Origin: Acidothermus cellulolyticus 11B
GTDB taxonomy: Bacteria > Actinomycetota > Actinomycetes > Acidothermales > Acidothermaceae
DNA: 32,000 nt
Direction of reading: 5' to 3'
NCBI RefSeq assembly: GCF_000015025.1
Contig: NC_008578.1
Span: forward strand, 2,100,001-2,132,000
Part shown: one piece after another, positions 9,068 to 16,545 of the stretch
Layout of the letters: every line of letters begins with the position of its first letter
How positions within the stretch are numbered: position 1 is the first letter of the stretch
Translations under genes and position numbers: made by a program
Notes under the pieces: generated by a model
Databases searched by the model: none
Seen by the model: the letters and a program-made list of their open reading frames with translations, nothing else
What the model was told of the DNA's origin: nothing

Positions 9068-9895
9068 TCAGAAGAACCGGACATCGGTGATCCATCCGGC
9101 GGCCACCAGCCGCACATACAGGTCCGCGAGGGCGACCCACACCAACGACACCCACGCAATCTGCCCGTGATACCGATTCATCCGCGAGACCAGGGTCCAG
9201 AACCGGTACCGCAGGGGATGCTTGGAGAAATGATTGAGCCGCCCGCCGACGATGTTGCGGCACGAATGACACGACAGGGTGTAGCCCCAGAGGAGAAGCG
9301 CGTTCAGCACCAGAACGAGCGTCCCCAACCCTGCGTGTCCCCACCGTCCCGAGTGGTCGCGGAAAGCAATCACGGCGTCATAGCTCAAAATGATGTTCAA
9401 GAGAAAGCCCAGGTAGAAGAAGTAGCGGTGCACGTTCTGCAGAATGAGGGGGAAACGCGTCTCGCCGGTGTACCGGGCGTGCGGTTCCGCCACCGCGCAT
9501 GCCGGCGGTGCGAGCCAGAACGCGCGGTAATACGCCTTCCGGTAGTAGTAACACGTCAGCCGAAAACCCAACGGCACGATGAGAATAATGACTGCCGGCG
9601 AAATGATCCACCACGAGCCGAAAATGCCCACGTGCGGTGCGCCCGCCGACCCGGGGACCATCCCGCAGCGGGTGGCGATGCACGGTGAATAGAACGGCGA
9701 GAGATACGGTTCCCAGAAATAATCCCGGTCGACGAACGCCGCCCACGTCGAATAAATGATGAAGCTCATCAGGACGCCGAAGGTGAACGCCGGCTGGGCC
9801 CACCAACGATCCGTCCGCAGCGTTGCAACCCCGATGGCCGCCCGCCGGCCGGTCCGAGCCGGTGCCGGCGCCGGTACGCGACTCTCCACCGTCAC
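9068..9895 (-). CDS. membrane anchor (cytochrome b-like) subunit of Sdh1-type succinate dehydrogenase
   Basis: Polytopic protein with 5 or more hydrophobic helices, directly upstream of sdhA-sdhB on the same strand. This matches the three-gene Sdh1 layout known from mycobacteria. The track start is TTG at 9922. GTG at 9895 is preceded by AGGAGGAAG with a 9-nt spacer, so I prefer it. Confidence 0.7.
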   Translation of the reverse strand: MTVESRVPAPAPARTGRRAAIGVATLRTDRWWAQPAFTFGVLMSFIIYSTWAAFVDRDYFWEPYLSPFYSPCIATRCGMVPGSAGAPHVGIFGSWWIISPAVIILIVPLGFRLTCYYYRKAYYRAFWLAPPACAVAEPHARYTGETRFPLILQNVHRYFFYLGFLLNIILSYDAVIAFRDHSGRWGHAGLGTLVLVLNALLLWGYTLSCHSCRNIVGGRLNHFSKHPLRYRFWTLVSRMNRYHGQIAWVSLVWVALADLYVRLVAAGWITDVRFF

Positions 9896-10195
9896 GGCGT
9901 CCCGCTTCCTCCTGTCCGACAAGCCCGCACGCGGTCACGCGCCCGGCCGACGACGCGCGTGGCCGGCGACCACAACTTACGCCTTGCACCGGCGCCCCTC
10001 CTAGTCAAGGGCGGTGTGTGATCTGTCACCTGGCGCTACGATCGGTCACGCGGCCGCCGGCCGCAGCATGAGCCGGACAGAGCACCAGGCTGCCGACGCC
10101 GATAGCAGGTGGGCTCCGCACGGCGGCGTCCGTCGATAGCGGGGTCAACAATCGGCAGCGGAGCCAGGCGAAGATGCCGCATCGGCGACGGAGCC

Positions 10196-10516
10196 ATGAG
10201 CGGATGGAGCCGAGGAATGAGGCGAGGACAATCCCGACCGCGTGACCGGCGCGGAAAGGTCCGCGCCGCTCTTCGTCTCGGCAGTGCGGCGCTGCTCATT
10301 GCCGCCGTAGTCCGAGAACTTCGGCGTCCCAAGGCCGAACGCCGGTGGGTAGGGCAGCTTGGACCGATTCCCTACGACCTCCGAACTCCCACGCCGCAGC
10401 GGCTGTTGCGCAGCGTCTGGTCACCGGAGGACCCCCGCATTCTCGTCCCCCGGGCCTTCGGCGTCGGCTGGTCGATCAATTTCGCCGCCCTCCGCCGCCG
10501 CGCGGCCCGACACTAG
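10196..10516 (+). CDS. small conserved-hypothetical membrane protein
   Basis: The ATG at 10196 has GACGGAG upstream. One TM helix (ALRLGSAALLIAAVV), a C-terminal VPRAFGVGWSINFAAL motif, and a stem-loop immediately after the stop. GC3 is lower than in neighbouring genes. Confidence 0.4.
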   Translation: MSGWSRGMRRGQSRPRDRRGKVRAALRLGSAALLIAAVVRELRRPKAERRWVGQLGPIPYDLRTPTPQRLLRSVWSPEDPRILVPRAFGVGWSINFAALRRRAARH

Positions 10517-10536
10517 GCGGTTCGACCCGGAACCGC
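10517..10536 (+). terminator. perfect 7-bp stem-loop directly after the stop of the 10196 gene
   Basis: GCGGTTC-gacccg-GAACCGC, followed by tctgcttcaatcc, which is only moderately T-rich. Confidence 0.4.
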
Positions 10537-10557
10537 TCTGCTTCAATCCACCCGGCG

Positions 10558-10563
10558 TACGCT
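10558..10563 (+). promoter_or_regulatory. -10-like hexamer TACGCT, 7 nt upstream of the mshB ATG (candidate leaderless promoter)
   Basis: TANNNT match. No SD lies between it and the ATG at 10571. Confidence 0.35.
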
Positions 10564-10570
10564 GCCAGCC

Positions 10571-11449
10571 ATGGTCCGCTCACTGCTGCTCGTGCACGCC
10601 CACCCGGACGACGAATCCATCAGCACCGGAGCGACGATGGCGTACTACGCGGCGCAGGGCGTCCGTGTCACGCTCGTCACCTGCACCCTCGGCGAGGAAG
10701 GTGAGATTCTCGTCCCCGACCTGCGGTTGCTCGCGGCCGACGAAGCGGACCAGCTCGGCGGTTACCGGATCAGCGAGCTGGCCGCCGCGTGCGCAGCCCT
10801 GGGCGTCACCGATCACCGGTTCCTCGGCGGTGCGGGCCGTTACCGCGACTCCGGCATGATGGGCACCCCCGCCAACAACCACCCGCGCGCTTTCTGGCAA
10901 GCCGATCTCGATACCGCTGCGGCGTACCTCGTCGACATCATCCGTGACGTCCGGCCGCAGGTGGTCATCACGTACGACGAGAACGGCGGTTACGGCCACC
11001 CGGATCACATTCAGGCGCACCGGGTCACCGTCCGCGCCGTCGACCAGACCCGGGACATTGTCACGAAACTGTACGCCGCGGCCGTCCCGCGATCCGCATT
11101 TGCCGAGGGAATTCAAGCGCTGCGGGCGGCCGGCGACACCACGTCGTTCGCCGGCGTGGAGGACGTCGACAACGTGCCGTTCGTCCGGCCCGATGAGGTC
11201 ATCACGACAGCGATCGACGCCCGCGCCTTTCTCGACCGGAAAATCGCGGCGCTGCGCGCGCATGCCACTCAAATCGCCGTAGATGGGCCATTCTTTGCGT
11301 TGTCCAACAATATCGGCCAACGGGCATTCGGTGTCGAGTACTACATCCTGCTGCGGGGAACGGCATATCCGGCGGGTGATGGGCGGGAAAACGACCTTTT
11401 CGCCGGGGTGGACGTCGTCCAAGCGGGTGATGTCGGCGCCGCCACGTAG
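10571..11449 (+). CDS. mshB: N-acetyl-1-D-myo-inosityl-2-amino-2-deoxy-alpha-D-glucopyranoside deacetylase (mycothiol biosynthesis)
   Basis: [58 protein letters not shown] closely parallels M. tuberculosis MshB ([42 protein letters not shown]), quoted from memory. Confidence 0.9.
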   Translation: MVRSLLLVHAHPDDESISTGATMAYYAAQGVRVTLVTCTLGEEGEILVPDLRLLAADEADQLGGYRISELAAACAALGVTDHRFLGGAGRYRDSGMMGTPANNHPRAFWQADLDTAAAYLVDIIRDVRPQVVITYDENGGYGHPDHIQAHRVTVRAVDQTRDIVTKLYAAAVPRSAFAEGIQALRAAGDTTSFAGVEDVDNVPFVRPDEVITTAIDARAFLDRKIAALRAHATQIAVDGPFFALSNNIGQRAFGVEYYILLRGTAYPAGDGRENDLFAGVDVVQAGDVGAAT

Positions 11450-11539
11450 CCAGCCGAGCCCTGCCGGGGGAGACTGGAGATAACCGAGGAATTCTCGGCA
11501 CTCCGCCACCTCGGCTTGAGCCGCTGAAAGGGTGAAGGC

Positions 11540-13615
11540 ATGGCCGATCAGCTCGCCGAGATCGCGTCCGGTTCCGTCCTTGATGCGCACCGGGCGGATG
11601 TCGGGCGGCAACGAGAGCGGGCGCGGCGGACCAGATTGCGCCGGTTAGCCGGCATTCTGGCCGTGCCTGCGGCGTACCTGTGGTATCGGCTACTGACCGG
11701 CCGGCCGCTGAACGTCTTCGAAATGCCCCATGTTCCGTGGCTCTTGGTGCTGTACCTGGCCGTGCCGATTCTGTTCATCTTCGGCATGGTCGGCGTGTAC
11801 TGGGGTTACGGACGCTCACCGCACCAGATCATCCGTCCCGAACAGATCGACGTCCGGCTCGACGACGTCGTCGGTATCGACGTCATCAAGGCCGAGGTCG
11901 TCCGGTCCGTCAACCTCTTCCTTGCCCACCGCACCTTCTCCCGCGACATGGGGGGGCGGCCGCGCCGGGGAATTCTTTTTGAAGGACCGCCGGGTACTGG
12001 AAAGACCTACCTGGCCAAAGCAATCGCCAAAGAGGCGAACGTACCGTTCCTCTTCGCAACAGCGACCTCCTTCCAGTCCGGATTGCAAGGGGCGACCCAG
12101 CGGAAGGTCCGTGCATTCTTCCGGGCGCTTCGTGCCACCGCGCGCAAGGAAGGCGGCGCCATCGGGTTCATCGACGAATTCGACGCCCTCGGCGGAGCCC
12201 GCCACGCGGTCAGCGCTTTCGCGCCGGCGGACCTGCTGGCACCGCGCATGCAGTGCGGCGCGCTCTCCGGTCTGCCGGATTTCGGCCCCCCGCAGATGCG
12301 CACTCCGGCGGTGCGCACTCCGACGGTCGCCAGCCCATTCTTCGGCGGCAACGATCTGGGCATGGCTGTTCAGGAGCTGCTCGTCCAGCTCCAATCGTTC
12401 GATCAGCCGCCGGCGGCGCAGCGCGTGCTGGGAGCGGTCATCGACACCGTCAACCTCTTCCTGCCCGCCCGCCGGCACATCCGCAAACCGCCGATCCCGC
12501 CGGCCAACATTCTTCTCATCGCATCAACGAACCGAGCCGACGCGCTCGATCCCGCTCTGCTGCGACCAGGTCGCTTTGACCAGCGCCTCACCTTCGACCG
12601 CCCGGACAAGAATGCGCGGCGCGCGCTCATCACGTACTTCCTCAGCAAGAAGGCGCACGCGGCTGAGCTGGACGATCCGGAGCGCATCGACGCCCTCGCC
12701 GCGGTCACGCAGGGATACAGCCCGGCCATGCTGGAAGGCCTGCTGGACAACGCACTGGTGAACGCGCTGCAATCCGGCCGCCGGGCGATGACGTGGCAGG
12801 ACGTCGAACACGCCCGCCTGGACACCGAGGTCGGTTTCGGTCAACCCGTCGGGTATACCGAGCACGAAAAGATGCTCATTGCCACCCACGAGGCGGGCCA
12901 TGCCGTCGTCGCCTGGCTTGTTGCACCGCAGCGGCGGCTGGAGATTCTGACAATTGTCAAAAGACGGAACGCGCTCGGCCTGCTTGCGCACGGCGACCGC
13001 GAGGAGGTCTACACCCGATCGCGGGCCGAAATGCTCGCCCTCATCCGCATCGCGCTCGCCGGTCAAGCGGCGGAAGAAGTGTTCTTCGGTGACGTCAGCA
13101 CCGGCCCGGGCGGCGACCTCCTGTATGCGACAAACGTCGCCGCGCACATGGTCGGCGCATGCGGCATGACGGATTCATTGATTTCGTACGCCGCGGTGCA
13201 GAACAATTCCTGGTCCGACACGAACATCGTCGGGCGAGTGCTCGCCGACCGCCACGGCCGGGAGAAAGTCGACGAATTGCTCGCCCAGCAGAAATTGCTC
13301 GCGACCGCACTCATCGAGGGAAACCGCCACTTGGTCGAGGCGCTCCGCGATGCACTCGTGCAGCGCCACGAGCTCATCGGCCACGAAATCACCGACATCC
13401 TCGAAGCTGCCGCTGCTGCCGGCGGAGTGCTGCGACCCGACGCACCGGCGTTCTCTGACGACGCGGCCCGCGAGGCCGATACCTCCCGCGAGGCCGACGC
13501 GGCCGGCGCCGACGACGCGGCCGGAGCCGACGACACGGCCGACGAGATCGTCATTGACCTTACCGACCGCACCGTTCACCGTCGGTCCACGCGGCGCGAG
13601 GAGACTCGACCCTGA
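11540..13615 (+). CDS. atypical FtsH-like membrane AAA+ ATPase / M41 zinc metalloprotease paralogue
   Basis: 691 aa. Two TM helices separated by only about 12 residues. Walker A GPPGTGKTYLAKAIA, Walker B GFIDEFDALG, SRH ASTNRADALDPALLRPGRFDQRL, zinc site HEAGHAVV, and a downstream GGDLLYATNVAAHMV. AAGGGTGAAGG lies upstream of the ATG. Confidence 0.85.
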   Translation: MADQLAEIASGSVLDAHRADVGRQRERARRTRLRRLAGILAVPAAYLWYRLLTGRPLNVFEMPHVPWLLVLYLAVPILFIFGMVGVYWGYGRSPHQIIRPEQIDVRLDDVVGIDVIKAEVVRSVNLFLAHRTFSRDMGGRPRRGILFEGPPGTGKTYLAKAIAKEANVPFLFATATSFQSGLQGATQRKVRAFFRALRATARKEGGAIGFIDEFDALGGARHAVSAFAPADLLAPRMQCGALSGLPDFGPPQMRTPAVRTPTVASPFFGGNDLGMAVQELLVQLQSFDQPPAAQRVLGAVIDTVNLFLPARRHIRKPPIPPANILLIASTNRADALDPALLRPGRFDQRLTFDRPDKNARRALITYFLSKKAHAAELDDPERIDALAAVTQGYSPAMLEGLLDNALVNALQSGRRAMTWQDVEHARLDTEVGFGQPVGYTEHEKMLIATHEAGHAVVAWLVAPQRRLEILTIVKRRNALGLLAHGDREEVYTRSRAEMLALIRIALAGQAAEEVFFGDVSTGPGGDLLYATNVAAHMVGACGMTDSLISYAAVQNNSWSDTNIVGRVLADRHGREKVDELLAQQKLLATALIEGNRHLVEALRDALVQRHELIGHEITDILEAAAAAGGVLRPDAPAFSDDAAREADTSREADAAGADDAAGADDTADEIVIDLTDRTVHRRSTRREETRP

Positions 13616-13637
13616 CGTCGGCCGCCGGAGGGGCAAC

Positions 13638-13643
13638 TAGGCT
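13638..13643 (+). promoter_or_regulatory. -10-like hexamer TAGGCT, 7 nt upstream of the GTG at 13651 (candidate leaderless promoter)
   Basis: TANNNT match with no SD before the GTG. Confidence 0.4.
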
Positions 13644-13650
13644 GCACCCC

Positions 13651-14178
13651 GTGCCTCCATCCGCTCCTCAGCCGGACCGACGCTGGACATGGCTGACCGC
13701 CGGGATCGGCGTCCTGCTTGGTCTCGTCACCGGGCTGCTGACCGCCGTCCAAGCAACCCGGGTTGTCGACGGCGTCCCGGTCGGAGCACTCGCCGCCTTC
13801 GGCGCCAATTTCGGCGGCGGAGTCCTGATCGGTTGGGGACTGCGGGCACGGGAAGCGGCGGCGCTCCCGGCCTTCGGGTGGCTCCTTGCCGTTTTCCTGC
13901 TCATCGCGCTGCCGCGCCCAGGCGGAGACGTCCTCCTTCCCGGTTCCGGCGCCCCCGTCGTCGCCTTCCTTCTCGGCGGAATCGCCGGTTCGCCTGCCTC
14001 GATCTTCGTGGCGGCGGCCCTGCTCCGCCGGCAGGCCAAGGCAGCGAACTCCGGCTCCCGGTCGCAGCTCCCGAGCGCCGCACCCACCGCCAGCCGCCCG
14101 GACGACATCGACCGTCCGGGCGCCGCCGCGCGGGACACCACCGACGGCGCTTCACCGAACAGCCGTACCAGCCGATGA
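13651..14178 (+). CDS. polytopic membrane protein, unknown function
   Basis: 175 aa with very high GC3. Four hydrophobic helices (WLTAGIGVLLGLVTGLLTAV, ALAAFGANFGGGVLIGWGL, LPAFGWLLAVFLLIAL, VVAFLLGGIAGSPASIFVAAALL) and a disordered tail. May correspond to the small membrane protein (DUF6113-type) that often follows mshB in actinobacteria. That link is from memory and unverified. Confidence 0.55.
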   Translation: MPPSAPQPDRRWTWLTAGIGVLLGLVTGLLTAVQATRVVDGVPVGALAAFGANFGGGVLIGWGLRAREAAALPAFGWLLAVFLLIALPRPGGDVLLPGSGAPVVAFLLGGIAGSPASIFVAAALLRRQAKAANSGSRSQLPSAAPTASRPDDIDRPGAAARDTTDGASPNSRTSR

Positions 14179-14185
14179 GGAGGCC

Positions 14186-14743
14186 GTGCGCGATTCCGAA
14201 ACGACCACGGGGACGGCGGCGACGGAGGCACGGCGTGCGGCAGGACCAGCGGCGGCTGACGGCGGAACAGGTGGGGGACCGCGCCTCGCGGACGTCGAGG
14301 AGGCCGGCTACGTGCTCGCCCGGCTCGGCGGCGGCCGGTATGCCATCGAGATGTCGGCCGTAGCGGAAGTCGGCCGCGTTCCATGGATCACCCGGGTTCC
14401 CGGCACGCCGGTCTGGCTCGCCGGGGTGGCGAACTGGCGGGGCCGCATCCTCGCCGTCGTCGATCTGCGTCCGCTGCTCGGCACGGAGATGCCGCCGGTC
14501 GGGTCCCTCGGGCGGTTGGTCGTCATCACGGACGGCACCGTGACGGCCGGCCTGCTCACCGAGGGCGTGCATGGCGTCATCCACTGTCCTGCCGATCAAC
14601 TTGATCCACCGCCCCGCACCGTCGACCCGGACGTCGCGGCTCTGCTCCTCGGTCAGTTCACGCCGGACCACGGACCCGTCGCGGTCATAAACCCGGCTGC
14701 ACTCCTGGGGCTGCGCCGGAAATTGCCGAACGTCCGGACGTGA
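14186..14743 (+). CDS. cheW: CheW-like coupling protein
   Basis: CheW domain YVLARLGGGRYAIEMSAVAEVGRVPWITRVPGTPVWLAGVANWRGRILAVVDLRPLLG. The in-frame GTG at 14186 is preceded by GAGGAGG (14177-14183). The track ORF from 13886 overlaps the preceding gene. Confidence 0.8.
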   Translation: MRDSETTTGTAATEARRAAGPAAADGGTGGGPRLADVEEAGYVLARLGGGRYAIEMSAVAEVGRVPWITRVPGTPVWLAGVANWRGRILAVVDLRPLLGTEMPPVGSLGRLVVITDGTVTAGLLTEGVHGVIHCPADQLDPPPRTVDPDVAALLLGQFTPDHGPVAVINPAALLGLRRKLPNVRT

Positions 14744-14779
14744 CCTCATGCCGGCACCACGCTTCAGAAAGGGCGATCG

Positions 14780-14845
14780 CCTCCCGATGCGTTGACCAGG
14801 TATCCCAACGGGAGCCTCCCGACGGGTTGACCAGGTATCCCAACG
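14780..14845. repeat. tandem direct repeat, two 31-nt copies (14780-14810 and 14815-14845), 29/31 identical
   Basis: cctcccgaTgCgttgaccaggtatcccaacg versus cctcccgaCgGgttgaccaggtatcccaacg, separated by ggag. Lies in the cheW-mcp spacer. Confidence 0.9.
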
Positions 14846-14870
14846 CGCGCCGGACAGCTGAGGAGGGCCG

Positions 14871-16538
14871 GTGGACGTCGTCAAGCGGCTGCAACAGGTA
14901 TCAGCAATCTGCACGGGATTAATGCTCGCGCTGGGAATCGCCGGCGTCCTCGCCGTGGGGTCGCACCCCACTCCCGGCGTCGATATCCGGCCCGCTGTCG
15001 TTGCCGGCTGGCTCGGCGTCGCCGTCCTCGGTGCGACTCTCGTCACCGTCGCCTGCCTGGCACGCGTGGATCATCCAGCCCTTGGGCCGACGGGTGCGGT
15101 AGCCGATCTCGGCCGGCTCGTCTACCTCGCCGGTATCACCGGCGCGCTGGTCGCGGCGGCCGGGTTCGCAACCCCGCTGTGGATTCTCTACATCCCGGTT
15201 CTGCTCACCACGGCGGTCAGCGACGCGCCGTGGAAGTCATTCGGCTACGCCTTTCTCGCCGCCGTGCTGGCGCTCACGGCAACGGCCGCAACCCACCATC
15301 TCGACCGCAGCACCGCACTGACCACCCTCCTGGCGATTCCGGCGATTCCGGCGGTCGTCTGGTTCGCCAGCACGCTCGCGCACTCCGTCACCAACCTCCG
15401 GCAGCGGCTGGACGAGGAGCGCCGGCGCATGCACGACGAACTCGAACGAACCCGAGCGGAACTCCTCGACGAAGCCCGCGCCGAGCGGGAGAACCTGCAA
15501 GACGAAATCCGGCGGGAACGCGCCGAATTGAAGGCGAAGGTCGAACGGCTCTCCGAAGCCTTGGCCGCAGCCGCCCGCGGTGACCTCTCTGCGTACCAGC
15601 AGATTGACCTCGGTCCGCCGACCGGCGAGGACGACGAAGCGCTCGCGGTGCTCCAGGCGGCGTTCGCCAATACCCTGGGCAGCCTCCGACACCTCGTGGA
15701 ACAAATCCGGGCCAGCGGCGAGAGCATCTCCGCGGCCGCGGGACAACTGCTGGCGACCGCCGAGGAGCACGCGGCGTCCGCGACGCAACAGTCCTCAGCG
15801 GTGGCTGAGACGACCAGCACCATCGAGGAACTCGCCGCCACCGCAGCGCAGATCGCCGAGACCGCCGAAGCGGTCGCCCGGTACGCCGCCGAGACCCTGC
15901 GGTACGCCGAGGAGGGCCGGGAGGCCGTGGCGGCCTCCGTCGCGGCGATGGACACCATCGCCAACCGGGTCGACTCCATCGCGAGCCGGGCCTTGTCTCT
16001 CGGCGAGAAATCCCAGGAGATCGGGCGGATTCTCGAGGTCATCGACGACTTGGCCGATCAGACCAACCTCCTCGCCCTCAACGCCGCGATTGAGGCCGCC
16101 CGTGCGGGGGAGCACGGTCGCGGTTTCGCGGTCGTCGCCTCCGAAGTGCGCAAGCTCGCGGAGCGTTCCCAGGAATCCGCGGCAAAAATCCAAGGCATCG
16201 TGAGCGAAATTCAAGCCGAGACGAACGCCACCATTCTCGCCACCGAAGAAGGGGCGAAGGAGGTGCATGCCGGAACGGAATTGGCGCGCGGCGTCGTCGA
16301 GGCCCTCGAACGCATCTCCGGCATGGTGGACGAAACAACCACAGCGGCAAAGGAAATCTCCATCGCCACCCAGCAGCAACGGTCGGCCTCCGACCAGGTG
16401 GTGACAGCGATGATGCAGGTCTCGGACGTCTCGCGTCAGTACGTCGTCGGATCGAAGCAGGCGGCTGCGTCCGCGGCTCAGCTGAACGTGCTCGCGGCCG
16501 AATTGCGGGCGTCGATCGCGCAATTCCGCATTTCCTGA
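14871..16538 (+). CDS. methyl-accepting chemotaxis protein with a six-TM membrane-embedded N-terminal module
   Basis: Signalling hairpin tip [50 protein letters not shown]-like segment RGDLS...[18 protein letters not shown]. Six hydrophobic segments in aa 11-170. AGGAGG lies 4 nt upstream of the GTG. Confidence 0.9.
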   Translation: MDVVKRLQQVSAICTGLMLALGIAGVLAVGSHPTPGVDIRPAVVAGWLGVAVLGATLVTVACLARVDHPALGPTGAVADLGRLVYLAGITGALVAAAGFATPLWILYIPVLLTTAVSDAPWKSFGYAFLAAVLALTATAATHHLDRSTALTTLLAIPAIPAVVWFASTLAHSVTNLRQRLDEERRRMHDELERTRAELLDEARAERENLQDEIRRERAELKAKVERLSEALAAAARGDLSAYQQIDLGPPTGEDDEALAVLQAAFANTLGSLRHLVEQIRASGESISAAAGQLLATAEEHAASATQQSSAVAETTSTIEELAATAAQIAETAEAVARYAAETLRYAEEGREAVAASVAAMDTIANRVDSIASRALSLGEKSQEIGRILEVIDDLADQTNLLALNAAIEAARAGEHGRGFAVVASEVRKLAERSQESAAKIQGIVSEIQAETNATILATEEGAKEVHAGTELARGVVEALERISGMVDETTTAAKEISIATQQQRSASDQVVTAMMQVSDVSRQYVVGSKQAAASAAQLNVLAAELRASIAQFRIS

Positions 16539-16545
16539 GGCGCCG

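Noticed and set aside
10517-10537. The GGTTCGA string suggested a tRNA T-arm.
   Set aside because: The surrounding sequence forms a simple 7-bp hairpin (GCGGTTC/GAACCGC). There is no acceptor, D or anticodon arm, so it fits a terminator better.
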